Positions 1 through 10,400 of a stretch of 64,000 nucleotides of DNA are shown here, piece by piece. Made by a program: the position numbers and the translations under genes. The notes under the pieces were generated by a model that worked only from the letters and a program-made list of their open reading frames with translations, was not told where the DNA came from and ran no database searches. The stretch is from Thermoplasmata archaeon (GTDB taxonomy: Archaea; Thermoplasmatota; Thermoplasmata; Lutacidiplasmatales; UBA184). The DNA is taken from positions 5,420 to 69,419 of the forward strand of contig JASHSP010000113.1 in assembly GCA_030038655.1 (NCBI GenBank), written 5' to 3'. Every line of letters begins with the position of its first letter. The stretch's first letter is position 1.

Positions 1-562
1 GCTCCCGCTTCGGGAGCCTCTTCACCTCCCCCACCTCGGTCGCGATCTGCCGGATGTGGCGTACCGCCTCGACCACGTTGCCGGTCCCCGCCTCACCCTT
101 GGTGCGGATCATCGCCGCACCCTCGTCGATGCGTCGGAGCGCCTCGCCGAGGTTGCGGGCCCCGCAGACGAACGGGACCTTGAACTGCTTCTTGTCGACG
201 TGCCCGAACGGGTCCGCGGGGGTCAGCACCTCCGACTCGTCGATCATGTCGACGCCGAGCGACTCGAGGATGCGCGCCTCGGCCGTATGGCCGATGCGGC
301 ATTTCGCCATCAGCGGAATGCTCACGCGCTCGCGGATCTCGCGGACTCGCTTCGGGTCGGCCATCCGGGCCACGCCGCCGGCGGCCCGAATGTCGGCCGG
401 GACCCGCTCGAGGGCCATCACGGCGACGGCGCCGGCGTCCTCGGCGAGCGCCGCCTGCTCCGGGGTGGTGACGTCCATGATGACGCCGCCCTGCTGCATG
501 CGGGCGAAGCCGCGCTTCAGGAGCTCGGTGCCGAAGCGGAGCTTCTCGATCGGGTCGGGCAC
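1..562 (-). CDS. pdxS: pyridoxal 5'-phosphate synthase lyase subunit PdxS (3' end outside window)
   Basis: Manual translation from GTG at 562: [37 protein letters not shown]...[24 protein letters not shown]...MAKCRIGH...[10 protein letters not shown]...[18 protein letters not shown]; purine-rich RBS upstream. Confidence 0.95.
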   Translation of the reverse strand, partial: MPDPIEKLRFGTELLKRGFARMQQGGVIMDVTTPEQAALAEDAGAVAVMALERVPADIRAAGGVARMADPKRVREIRERVSIPLMAKCRIGHTAEARILESLGVDMIDESEVLTPADPFGHVDKKQFKVPFVCGARNLGEALRRIDEGAAMIRTKGEAGTGNVVEAVRHIRQIATEVGEVKRLPKRE

Positions 563-654
563 GGTCCTTCCTCGGGGTGCGATAGGCACGAAGCCAGTAT
601 AAGCCGGACGCCCCGCCGGGCCGCGCGATGTTTTATCACGGTCCCGCTTGACGT

Positions 655-750
655 AAGACGCAGGGGGAGCTCGGAACCGGCTGAGAGGACGAGGTTCGCC
701 TCGTCGACCCCAGGAACCTGCACGGGATAATGCCCGCGAAGGGAACGCAA
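655..750 (+). ncRNA. TPP (THI-box) riboswitch
   Basis: AGGGG...GCTGAGA...GACCC..GAACCTG..CGGGATAATGCCCGCGAAGGGAA core; lies directly upstream of a thiamine ABC transporter, TATA-like TTTTAT at ~632. Confidence 0.9.
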
Positions 751-790
751 TGCGCGCGCTGAGGCAGCACTCCGCCGGCTCCGCGGGGGG

Positions 791-1957
791 ATGAGCGGGG
801 ACCCGCCGAAGCCGACGCGGGTCCGCCGTCTGCGACGGCCGGGCCGGTGGGGCCACGTCGTGGTCGCGGTGGCGATCGCCGTGGTGGTCGTGGTGGGGGG
901 TATCGGTGCCTACCAGTACTACCGCGCCCACACCGGACCCGCCCCGCTGGTCATCTACACCTACCCCGGGCTCTTGGGTTCGGTCAGCTGCGGAGGGCAG
1001 CCGCTCGAGGGGATCCTCGCCAACTTCTCGGCCGCTCACGGCATCCCGCCGATCCAGGTCGACTGCCCGAGCGGCACGCTCGTCCAGACGCTCGAGGCGC
1101 AGGCAAGCTCCCCGTCCGCCGACCTCGTGATCGGGCTCGACGAGCTGACCGCCCCGCAGGCCGAGCAGCTTGGGTTGCTCGTCCCGTACGTCTCCCCCCA
1201 GCTCGTGTCGATCAACCGATCGGTCGTGGACTACCTGTCGCCGGACCACTACGTCACCCCGTACGAGTACGGGTACCTGGGGATCGATTACACGCACGCC
1301 TTCGGGAACGCGACCGACGGTGCGATCGGGAACTCGTCTCTTGCGAACTTCACGACCAACGAAACCTGGGCCCGCGGGCTGGCGTACGAGGACCCGCTCA
1401 CGGACATCACCGGCGAGGAGTTCCTCGCCTGGACCGTGGAGTTCTACGAGCACGTGCTGGACGAGAACTGGACCGATTTCTGGAAGGCGATCCTTCCCCT
1501 CGCGACGGACGCCGGATCGTGGAGCACGGCGTTCAACACCGACTTCGTCGAGCTCGGGTCGACCCCGATGGTCGTCAGCTACACCACCGACCCCGCGTCC
1601 GCGGTCTACTACGGCGAGGGGGACTTCTTCAACACGACCGTGAGCCTGTGGAAGGACGCGCTCTACGGCTGGGAGACGATCTACGGGATCGGAATCGTCG
1701 CCGGGACGCACCACCTTGCGCTCGACGAGGCGTTCATCAACTACTTCCTGAACGGCTCGGTCCAGTCGGAGATCCCGCTCAACGAGTGGGAGTACCCCGC
1801 GAACGCGACCGTCCCGCTGCCGGCGGTATACGACCCCTTGATCCCGCCGGCCTCCATCACGCCGCTCAACCAGTACCTCGAGGGCGACTCCCCGGTCGAG
1901 GTCGCGGCTAGCCTGGCCGGGTGGCAGACGACATGGGAGAGCCTCGCGGAGTCCTAG
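791..1957 (+). CDS. thiB: thiamine ABC transporter substrate-binding protein
   Basis: N-terminal TM anchor; [23 protein letters not shown] and [14 protein letters not shown] motifs of ThiB/TbpA; follows TPP riboswitch. Confidence 0.85.
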   Translation: MSGDPPKPTRVRRLRRPGRWGHVVVAVAIAVVVVVGGIGAYQYYRAHTGPAPLVIYTYPGLLGSVSCGGQPLEGILANFSAAHGIPPIQVDCPSGTLVQTLEAQASSPSADLVIGLDELTAPQAEQLGLLVPYVSPQLVSINRSVVDYLSPDHYVTPYEYGYLGIDYTHAFGNATDGAIGNSSLANFTTNETWARGLAYEDPLTDITGEEFLAWTVEFYEHVLDENWTDFWKAILPLATDAGSWSTAFNTDFVELGSTPMVVSYTTDPASAVYYGEGDFFNTTVSLWKDALYGWETIYGIGIVAGTHHLALDEAFINYFLNGSVQSEIPLNEWEYPANATVPLPAVYDPLIPPASITPLNQYLEGDSPVEVAASLAGWQTTWESLAES

Positions 1958-3585
1958 GCCGGGCGCGCGGGTGGGCGGAGACCGTCTACCTGTGGCCGAT
2001 CGTATCGTTTGTCCTGCTGTTCGCGCTCGTTCCCGTGGCGATCCTGTTCGCGACGGGCCTCGAGCACGGTGGCGGGGCCTCCGGGTTCCTCGCGACCGTG
2101 GCTCGCGGAGCCGACTTGGACGCCCTGCGGAACTCGACGGTGCAGGGCGGCCTCAGCGCCGCGTTTGCGTTCGCCCTCGGATATCCCTCCGGGATCTATC
2201 TCGCCCGGTACTCGTGGCCGGGACGGTCGCTCGTCCGGGCGCTCGTCCTCGTGCCGTTCCTCCTGCCGAGCCTGGTGGTCGTCCTCGCGGTCCTGGACCT
2301 GTTCGGGCCGGGCGGCCTCCTCTCGGCCGCCTGGCCGGCGCTCGGCTGGTTCGGGCGCGGGGTCCCGGCGATCGTCGCGGTCAACCTGGTCTTCAATGTC
2401 CCGCTCGTCGTCCTGTTCACCGCCCTCGGGTGCGAGAGCGCGCCCCGCGACCTCGAAGAGAGCGTCGCGACCCTGGGAGGGACCCGCGCCCGGGCGTTCC
2501 GGGATGTGTGGGGGGCCCCGTCACTCCGGGGGGCAGCGGCGGGGGCGCTGCTGACGTTCCTCTTTTCCGCGCTCGCATTCGCCGCGCCGATCATCCTCTG
2601 CGGTTCCCCCCGCTGCTACACGCTGGAGGCCCAGGTGTACATCCTCGACTTCACGCAGCTCGACCCGACCGGGGCCAGCCTGCTCGCGCTGGCGATGGTC
2701 CTCCTCCTCCTGCTTCCCACGCTCGCCTACATCGGGATCGCCCGACGGCTCTCGGGGTTCGGTTGGCCGGATCGACGCCCTCGGCCGACGACACGCGAGG
2801 GCGGGCCGGTCGCCTACGCTCTCGCGACCGTGAGCACGGCCGTTTGGGCCGGCGTGGCCGTCGTGCTGGGCGCGGTGCTGTACCGGTCGTTGGTCCCCGG
2901 GGGCCGCGAGGGGTTCGGCGGACCGTGGGCCGACCTCTTCGGTACCCGGACCGCGAACGCTCTCGGCCTCTCGATCGCGGGGGTGGTCGGTAACACCTTC
3001 GGGTTCGCCGTGCTCGCCGCGGCCATCGCCCTCGTTCTCGCGCTGGCCGCCGGCGTGGCTCTGAGGACGCACCCCGCCCTCGGCCGGCCGCTCACGGCCT
3101 ACCTCTTCTTGCCCCTCCTCATCTCGCCCGTCCTGCTCGCGTTCGCCCTCGCCCAGTTCTGGCGGCCGATCCTCGGCGGCGAGCCGATGGTCTGGATCCT
3201 GATCGCGGTGAGCCAGGCGACCCTGGCCCTGCCGTTCGTCATGCAGAGCCTCGAGATCCCGCTCTTCGGCCTCCCCCGCGCGGGGAACGACTCCGCGCGG
3301 GCGCTCGGTGCCTCGGGGTGGCAGGCGTTCTGGGACGCGGACATGCCGTACGCGGCCGGCGGACTCCTGGTCGCGGGCCTGTTCGCGTTCGCGCTCGGGT
3401 TCGGCGAGTTCACGGCGACGAACTTCCTCGTCACGACCCAGTACACCACCCTGAGCGTCGCCGCCTACGAGCTCGAGCAGCTGCGGTTCAGCGATGCGAG
3501 CGACGGGGCCGCCGCGCTGCTCCTGGTGGTGAGCCTGGCCGTCTTCCTCGCGATCGCCCTCCTCGGGAGGCTTCGTGACCGGTAG
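1921..3585 (+). CDS. thiP: thiamine ABC transporter permease (two fused TM modules); start may be ATG 1933
   Basis: Two EAA-like loops ([19 protein letters not shown]), GFGEF motif, many TM helices. Confidence 0.85.
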   Translation: MADDMGEPRGVLGRARGWAETVYLWPIVSFVLLFALVPVAILFATGLEHGGGASGFLATVARGADLDALRNSTVQGGLSAAFAFALGYPSGIYLARYSWPGRSLVRALVLVPFLLPSLVVVLAVLDLFGPGGLLSAAWPALGWFGRGVPAIVAVNLVFNVPLVVLFTALGCESAPRDLEESVATLGGTRARAFRDVWGAPSLRGAAAGALLTFLFSALAFAAPIILCGSPRCYTLEAQVYILDFTQLDPTGASLLALAMVLLLLLPTLAYIGIARRLSGFGWPDRRPRPTTREGGPVAYALATVSTAVWAGVAVVLGAVLYRSLVPGGREGFGGPWADLFGTRTANALGLSIAGVVGNTFGFAVLAAAIALVLALAAGVALRTHPALGRPLTAYLFLPLLISPVLLAFALAQFWRPILGGEPMVWILIAVSQATLALPFVMQSLEIPLFGLPRAGNDSARALGASGWQAFWDADMPYAAGGLLVAGLFAFALGFGEFTATNFLVTTQYTTLSVAAYELEQLRFSDASDGAAALLLVVSLAVFLAIALLGRLRDR

Positions 3586-4594
3586 CAACCCCCTCCTCGA
3601 GGTCCGGGGCCTGCGCGTCGACTTCGACGGCGAGCCCGTCGTGCGCGGCGTCGATCTCGCCGTGGCCGAGGGGGAGCTGCTCGCGCTCATGGGCCCGAAC
3701 GGCGCGGGCAAGTCCACGCTGCTGCGCGCGATCGCCGGCTTCGAGCGGGTGGCGGGAGGGTCGATCCGGTTGGACGGCGCGGACCTGCGGGACACCCCGC
3801 CCCACCGACGGAAGGTCGGGCTGCTCTTCCAGGACCCCGCTCTCTTTCCCAATCGGACCGTCTTCGAGAACGTCGCGTACGCTCCGCTCCTCCAGCGGCG
3901 TCCGGATCGAGAGGTCCGCGACGAGGTCGACCGGCTGGCAGCGCTGCTCGCGCTCGAGCCGCTCCTCGACCGCCGGCCGGCGGAGCTCTCCGGCGGCGAA
4001 CGGCAGCGCACGGCGCTCGCCCGGACGCTTGCCGCCCGCCCCCGCCTCGTTCTCCTCGACGAGCCGTTCGCTTCCGTCGATGTCGAGGTCAAGGCCACGC
4101 TGCGGACCGAGTTCCGCGCCGCGCTCCGGGCGTCCGGCACGGCCGCGGTCCACGTCACCCACGACCGCGACGAGGGGTTGTTCCTCGGCGATCGCGTCGC
4201 CCTGCTGTTCGAGGGCCGGCTGGAGTGGACGGGGACCCCGCAGGAGCGGTATGCGCATCCGACCACGACGCGGGCCGCTCGGTTCCTCGGCTACAACGTG
4301 CTGGTGGGCCCGGACGGACCGGTCGCGGTCCATCCGGAGGATCTCCGGTTCGCCCCGGGACCCAGCTCGGGGCCGCTCTACACGGTGGTCGCGACCGGCT
4401 CGATCGGTCGACGCGCGCTGGTCGTCCTGGAGGGTCCCGAACGTCAGCGCGTGGAGGCGTCTCCCACGGCCGCATGGCCGGTCGGGGCCGTCGGACGATT
4501 GACCTGGGAGCGGTCCGAGCCCGTGCGGGACGGAACGGCTCTCCTCCGTCCGGCCAAAGAGCCCAAGAAGCCCCCCAGGCTGGGCAACCCATGA
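3575..4594 (+). CDS. thiQ: ABC transporter ATP-binding protein (thiamine)
   Basis: Walker A GPNGAGKST, LSGGERQR signature, LLDEPF, VTHD. Confidence 0.85.
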   Translation: MTGSNPLLEVRGLRVDFDGEPVVRGVDLAVAEGELLALMGPNGAGKSTLLRAIAGFERVAGGSIRLDGADLRDTPPHRRKVGLLFQDPALFPNRTVFENVAYAPLLQRRPDREVRDEVDRLAALLALEPLLDRRPAELSGGERQRTALARTLAARPRLVLLDEPFASVDVEVKATLRTEFRAALRASGTAAVHVTHDRDEGLFLGDRVALLFEGRLEWTGTPQERYAHPTTTRAARFLGYNVLVGPDGPVAVHPEDLRFAPGPSSGPLYTVVATGSIGRRALVVLEGPERQRVEASPTAAWPVGAVGRLTWERSEPVRDGTALLRPAKEPKKPPRLGNP

Positions 4595-7353
4595 GCCTCC
4601 GCGACCCTCTGGACGTGACGGAGCCACTGCCCCTCGGGGGGAGAGACCCCGCGATGGTCTATCGGGTCAGCCGCCTCAAGGGCGTGGACTCCGCGCGGCT
4701 GGCCCGCGCCCCCCGGACCGTGCAGCTGATCCTCGAGAACGTCCTCCGGCACTATCGTCCCGGCTCGATTGACGTGGCCTCGCTCGTCGCGCTCGCCCAC
4801 CGCGAGCCCGCCGCCCGGTCGGTCGAGCTCCCGTTCTACCCGGAGCGCGTGCTACTGCAGGACTTTACCGGCATTCCGGTAATCGTGGACCTCGCCACGC
4901 TCCGGGACGCCGCGGCCCGCGGACGCGTTCCCCCCGAACGCATCAACCCGGTCGTCCCGGTCGACCTCGTGGTCGACCACTCCGTTCAGGTCGACAGTTA
5001 CAACTCGCCGCGGTCCGTCGTGCTCAATCTCGATCGGGAGTACGAGCGGAACTCGGAGCGGTACCGCCTCCTCCAGTGGGCCAAGGCGTCGTTCTCCAAC
5101 CTGCGGGTCGTCCCGCCGGGGAACGGGATCTGTCATCAGGTCAACCTCGAGTACCTCGCGTCCGTCGTCGCGCTCGGGGGCGACCCCTCGACTCCGGTCG
5201 CCTATCCTGACACCGTCATCGGGACGGACTCTCACACGACGATGGTCAACGGCCTCTCGGTGCTCGGCTGGGGCGTCGGCGGCATCGAGGCGGAGGCGGT
5301 CATGCTCGGGGAGCCGTACTTTCTCGCGCGCCCCGAGGTCGTGGGGATCGAGCTGACCGGCACGTTGCCGACCGGCACCACCGCCACCGACCTCGTACTC
5401 ACCGTCACGCGTCGCCTCCGAGAGAAGGGCGTCGTCGACAAGTTCGTGGAGTTCTTCGGACCGGGCGTCCGGTCGCTGTCGGTGCCCGACCGCGCCACCG
5501 TGTCCAACATGTGCCCCGAGTACGGGGCGACCTCCGCACTGTTCCCCGTCGACGAGGCGACGCTCGAGTACCTTCGGGCCAGCGGCCGCGACCGCGCGGT
5601 CGTGACGCGCGTTGAGGCGTACGCCCGAGCCCTCGGGCTATGGGGAGCGCCCCCGTCGGGCGCGATCGATTACGACGACCTCGTGACGGTCGACCTGTCG
5701 CGGATCGTGCCGACCGTTTCCGGCCCCCGGAACCCCGAGGAGAGCGTCCCGCTCGCCGAGGTGTCGCGGTCGTTCCGCGGCGCCCTCACGAAGTACCGCG
5801 AGGCCCACCCGCGTCCTTCCGATAGCGCCGCCGCGCGGACCTACCCTTCCGACGACCCGCTGAAGCCGTACAACGGGGAGCTCAACCGGGCGGGCGGGGG
5901 GTCCCCGTCCGGTAGGCCGCCGTCCGTCGATGACGGCGCCGTCGTGATCGCGGCGATCACGAGCTGCACGAACACCTCCAACCCCACGGTGATGATCGGG
6001 GCCGGATTGATCGCGAAGCGCGCCCGGGAACTGGGCCTGTCGGTGCCGGGGCACGTCAAGACGTCGCTCGCTCCGGGTTCGAAGGTCGTGACCGATTATC
6101 TCGAGAGGGCCGGACTGCTGCGGGAGCTGACCGCGCTCGGGTTCGGCGTCGTCGGCTACGGCTGCACCACCTGCATCGGGAACTCCGGGCCGCTGGCCCC
6201 CGGCGTAGGCGACTCCGTCCGGGAGCGCGACCTGTTTGTCGCCGCGGTCCTGAGCGGCAACCGGAACTTCGAGGCGCGGATCCACCAGCAGGTCCGAGCC
6301 AACTACCTCGCCTCCCCGATGCTCGTGGTCGCCTACGCGCTGGCGGGACGCATCGACGTCGACTTCGAGCAGGAACCGCTCGGGCACGGACCGGGCGGGG
6401 CGCCGGTCCGGTTGAGCGACCTGTGGCCCTCGCCCGCCGAGGTCGCCCGCCTCGTCGCCAGCAGCCTGGACCCCGCGATGTTTCGCGAGAAGTACCGGTC
6501 GATCGAGGTGGGCGACCCGCACTGGGAAGGACTCCACGCCCCCGCGGGGGTGCGGTATCCGTGGTCGGCGGAGTCGACCTACCTCGCGGAAGCCCCGTAC
6601 CTCGCGTTGCCGGCCCCCCTGCTGCCTCGCGGCGGCGACCTGGTCAGGGGTGCCCGGGCGCTGGTCGTGCTCGGCGACAAGGTATCGACCGACCACATCT
6701 CGCCGGCCGGGGAGATTCCCGAAGCGTCCCCCGCGGGCGAGTACCTCGTGGCGCGGGGGGTGGCGCCGCGCGACTTCAACACCTACGGCTCCCGTCGCGG
6801 GCACCACGAGGTGATGGTACGCGGAACGTTCGCGAACGTCCGACTCGCCAACGCGCTCGTCGCCCCGCGCGAGGGCGGGTACACCGCCCATGCACCGTCC
6901 GGCGAGACGATGACGATCTTCGCCGCCTCCGAGCGGTACCGCGTGGAACGGGTTCCCCTGCTCGCGCTGGCCGGCAAGAGCTACGGCCAGGGCAGCTCGC
7001 GCGACTGGGCCGCCAAGGGACCACGCCTCCTCGGGGTCGGCGCGGTGATCGCGGAGAGCTACGAGAGGATCCACCGGACCAACCTGATCGAGATGGGGGT
7101 CCTGCCGCTCGCGTTCTCGCGCGACGACGGGTGGCGCTCTCTCGGGCTCACGGGTCGCGAGTCGTACGACCTACGGATGGCATCGGGCGGCGCACTCGCC
7201 CCTCGGGCCTCGGTAGAGGTCACCGCGACGCCCCCGGGCGGAGTCGCGAAGAAGTTCGAGGCGGTGATCGAGGTCCATTCGGGCACGGAGCTCGGTTACT
7301 ACCGGGCCGGGGGCGTGCTCCCGTACGTCATGGAGCACCGGTTCGCCAAGTGA
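4591..7353 (+). CDS. acnA: aconitate hydratase A
   Basis: RVLLQDFTG, DHSVQVD, GICHQVNLE, GTDSHT, AAITSCTNTSNP, GYGCTTCIGNSG, GSSRDWAAKG; ATGA overlap with thiQ stop. Confidence 0.95.
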   Translation: MSLRDPLDVTEPLPLGGRDPAMVYRVSRLKGVDSARLARAPRTVQLILENVLRHYRPGSIDVASLVALAHREPAARSVELPFYPERVLLQDFTGIPVIVDLATLRDAAARGRVPPERINPVVPVDLVVDHSVQVDSYNSPRSVVLNLDREYERNSERYRLLQWAKASFSNLRVVPPGNGICHQVNLEYLASVVALGGDPSTPVAYPDTVIGTDSHTTMVNGLSVLGWGVGGIEAEAVMLGEPYFLARPEVVGIELTGTLPTGTTATDLVLTVTRRLREKGVVDKFVEFFGPGVRSLSVPDRATVSNMCPEYGATSALFPVDEATLEYLRASGRDRAVVTRVEAYARALGLWGAPPSGAIDYDDLVTVDLSRIVPTVSGPRNPEESVPLAEVSRSFRGALTKYREAHPRPSDSAAARTYPSDDPLKPYNGELNRAGGGSPSGRPPSVDDGAVVIAAITSCTNTSNPTVMIGAGLIAKRARELGLSVPGHVKTSLAPGSKVVTDYLERAGLLRELTALGFGVVGYGCTTCIGNSGPLAPGVGDSVRERDLFVAAVLSGNRNFEARIHQQVRANYLASPMLVVAYALAGRIDVDFEQEPLGHGPGGAPVRLSDLWPSPAEVARLVASSLDPAMFREKYRSIEVGDPHWEGLHAPAGVRYPWSAESTYLAEAPYLALPAPLLPRGGDLVRGARALVVLGDKVSTDHISPAGEIPEASPAGEYLVARGVAPRDFNTYGSRRGHHEVMVRGTFANVRLANALVAPREGGYTAHAPSGETMTIFAASERYRVERVPLLALAGKSYGQGSSRDWAAKGPRLLGVGAVIAESYERIHRTNLIEMGVLPLAFSRDDGWRSLGLTGRESYDLRMASGGALAPRASVEVTATPPGGVAKKFEAVIEVHSGTELGYYRAGGVLPYVMEHRFAK

Positions 7354-7470
7354 ACCGGGGGACCCGCGAGCTGCATCGTATCCCCGCGGGCGCTCGCCCA
7401 AGCCTCGGTGGCCGGGGCCTCGAAAAACCGGGCAACGTTCTTATACGAGGGCACATGGTCCCCGGCTCGT

Positions 7471-10400
7471 ATGACCGGTCTACGGTCTGTGCGGAATCGC
7501 GTGTGGCTGCTGCCGATCGTCCTCGTCGTTTGTGCCCTGATGCTCTCTCCCGCCGGGGGGCTCCTCGCGGCGCGGAGTGCCTCGTCAGCGACCCTCGCCG
7601 CCTCGCTGTCCGCGGCGGCGTCGACCGGTGGCACGGGTTCGATGCACCTGCCGAGCCTCCTGCATTCGTCGCTCCCGAGCTCGCCGGCGGGCCCGGCGAT
7701 CGCTCCGACGCTCCTCGCTGACGCCTCCGGTTTCAACGGCGGTCTTTCCGCCTCCCCGTCCCCCCCGCTCGGCGCCCGGTCGGGCGGCTCGAACGCGCCC
7801 TCCGGCGTCCCCGCTGTCGCGACCGACGTTGCGTCCTCGACGCCCGGCTGGGTCGCCAGCGTGGATCAGTCGATCGCGGACGGCCAGGTCCCGGCCTCCG
7901 CGGCCTACCTGCCCAGCCTCTCGCTCCTGAACGAGCATGTTTCGACCCCGAGCCAGGCCGTGAGCCCGATCGTCACGGTCTCCCCCGCGCCGATGGGGAT
8001 TGCGGACTTCGGACTCAGCGCCAACGGTCCCTACAGCGTCTACACTCAGGGCGTCGCGGGCGGCATCCAGCTCTCCGGCTACAACGCCACCGCGGGCACC
8101 ACCTACGAGACCACGGGAGCGTACTACTGGGACGGGCTCAGCCCGAACGCGGTGGTCACGCCCTGGCAATCGGGTGTACAGCTCAACACGGTCCTCAACA
8201 ATGTTTCCTATCCGGGGTCGGACATCGGCGCGTTCTGGACGCAGAACGTTCTCGATTTCTCCGGCAGCACGCTCCAGTTCATCGACAACGTCTGGAACCT
8301 TTCCTCGCCCGGGGCCGCCATGGAGTACGGGACCATCTACTCCGGGAACGGTGTCCTCGTTCCGGGCGAGCTCTACTACGACTACGGCCCGACCCTTCCG
8401 CTCTCTTTCCCCCTGACGATCAACCTGTACAACAACGCCTCGATCATTGACGGGCGATCCGCGCTCACCTTCGGCTACCGGGTGGTCGAAGGGGCGACGG
8501 TGTACACGGGCGTCTACGACACCGTGGTGTTCAACTCCCAGCCGACGGTCGTCGACCCCCTGCTGACCCCGGATTACCTCATCTCCGGATTCAACCTTGC
8601 GCCCGACAACTTCCTGCTGGACGATGCCGAGCTCGTCTTCGGAGGGCCCGGCGGCGGCTCGAACGCCGAGATCTCCTCGATGTCGGGGGACCTTTCCCTC
8701 GCGTTCCTGAACGGTTCCGCCTGGGAACCCGCTCCCTCGGCCTACGACTACGGAACCGATACCGGCGAGACCGCCATCGGAATGGCGGCCACGTGGTCGG
8801 GCACGAACGAGTCGGTGAGCCAGGGCCCCTCGATCCTCTACGGTCTGTGGAACACCACCTACAGCGTGCCGAGCGGCCAGGTGCCGTTCGTCGGGCACCT
8901 CGACCCGTCGTACGGCTTCGCGTTCATCGGCCTCTACGGGACAAACACGACGAACCTCAGCTACGCTCCGTCCGCGGCGAACGGCACGGTTCTCACCTGG
9001 CTTCCGCCGTCGATCGTCTTCAACCTGACCGTCTTCGCCGACGGTTTCTCGGAGCTCAACGCGACGTTCGAGGGCGCGGTCAACGCCGAGATCGACCTGG
9101 TCTCCTCGCCGGGGACCTGGAACGCGCCGCTCTACATGAACGGAGACGTACAGGCCGCGGCGCTGGCCCTGGATACCCTGGGCGAGAGCTCCGCGCCGTA
9201 CGAGTTCTACAACCTGAACGTCTCGGTCAACCAGACGTTCAACCACGTCAACGACTACTACTACCCGACCTTCGACCTGCTGTGGGCGTACGGCCTGACG
9301 ACCCCGCTGGCCGTCGACAACATCAGTCAGGGCGGTGACGCCCCCAACGGGGACACGTACTACGCCCCCGACTACAACGGCTCGGGCGAGAACCTGCCCT
9401 ACTTCGGGGACGAGATCGCCGTATGGTCCAGCCCCTCACCCTTCTTCGAGAATCTCTTCCTCCCCGGCTACCTCCTTCCGGCCGGCACGGACGGCGGCGG
9501 CGCCATCGCCCTGTGGAACGACAGCGACGCGTTCGGCTACAACCTCACGAGCGTCGACGACACGTTCGGCCTGTGGGCCTCCGACTCTCCGTTCACCGCG
9601 GAGGTCGACTCGGTCGCGTACCTCGGTGCGGTCGCGCTCACGCTGATGGCCTCGGCGTACGCGTTCACGTACAACCTCTCGGCCTTCGGATTTGCCGCGG
9701 ACGTACTCGACGAGGGAGGGCTCTACGGGGATCTGGACCAGCTCAACGCCACGGGCTTCTCGGACGGCGTGGTCACGTACGGGACGAACGACACCGGGAT
9801 CTACCAGCTGAACGCGACCGAGGAGTCGGTGGCAGCCGACCTGGAGTTCGGCTCGGGCCTCTACGTCTACGCCGTGAACGCGAGCTTCGAATCGGTCGGC
9901 GTCGAGGGCCTCGGCCTGAACCTCTCGAGCGTGTACGACGTCGCGATCGGGACGAGCGAGTTCGACCCCGGCGTCGTGCTTGAGGAGAGCAACAACTCGG
10001 TGGTCCAGAACGTCTACGGGAACTCGTCCGAGGGCTACGGGGTCCTGCTCCTCGGCGATGGCATATCGACCGTCACCAACGTCACGGCCGTGAACGACTC
10101 GGCGGGGGTCATCGTCGAGGACTCGTACGGACCGGTCGGCGTTGACCAGGTGGTCGCGAACGACAGCGTCGGCGTCGCGATCGGGTTCAACGCGGTGCTG
10201 GCCACCGTCACGGACGTGAACGCGACCAACGGGTCGATCGGGGTTGAGTCCTACGAATCGTTCGACGTCGAGGTCCGTGAGGTCAGCGCCTCGGGTTTCG
10301 CGGCGCAGTCGAACATCGGAGTGGACGTGCTGGTCTCCGAGGCCGTGGACGTCTCCTACGTCTCCGCGGAAGGCGGTTCGATCGGCGTGGACGTTTCCAG

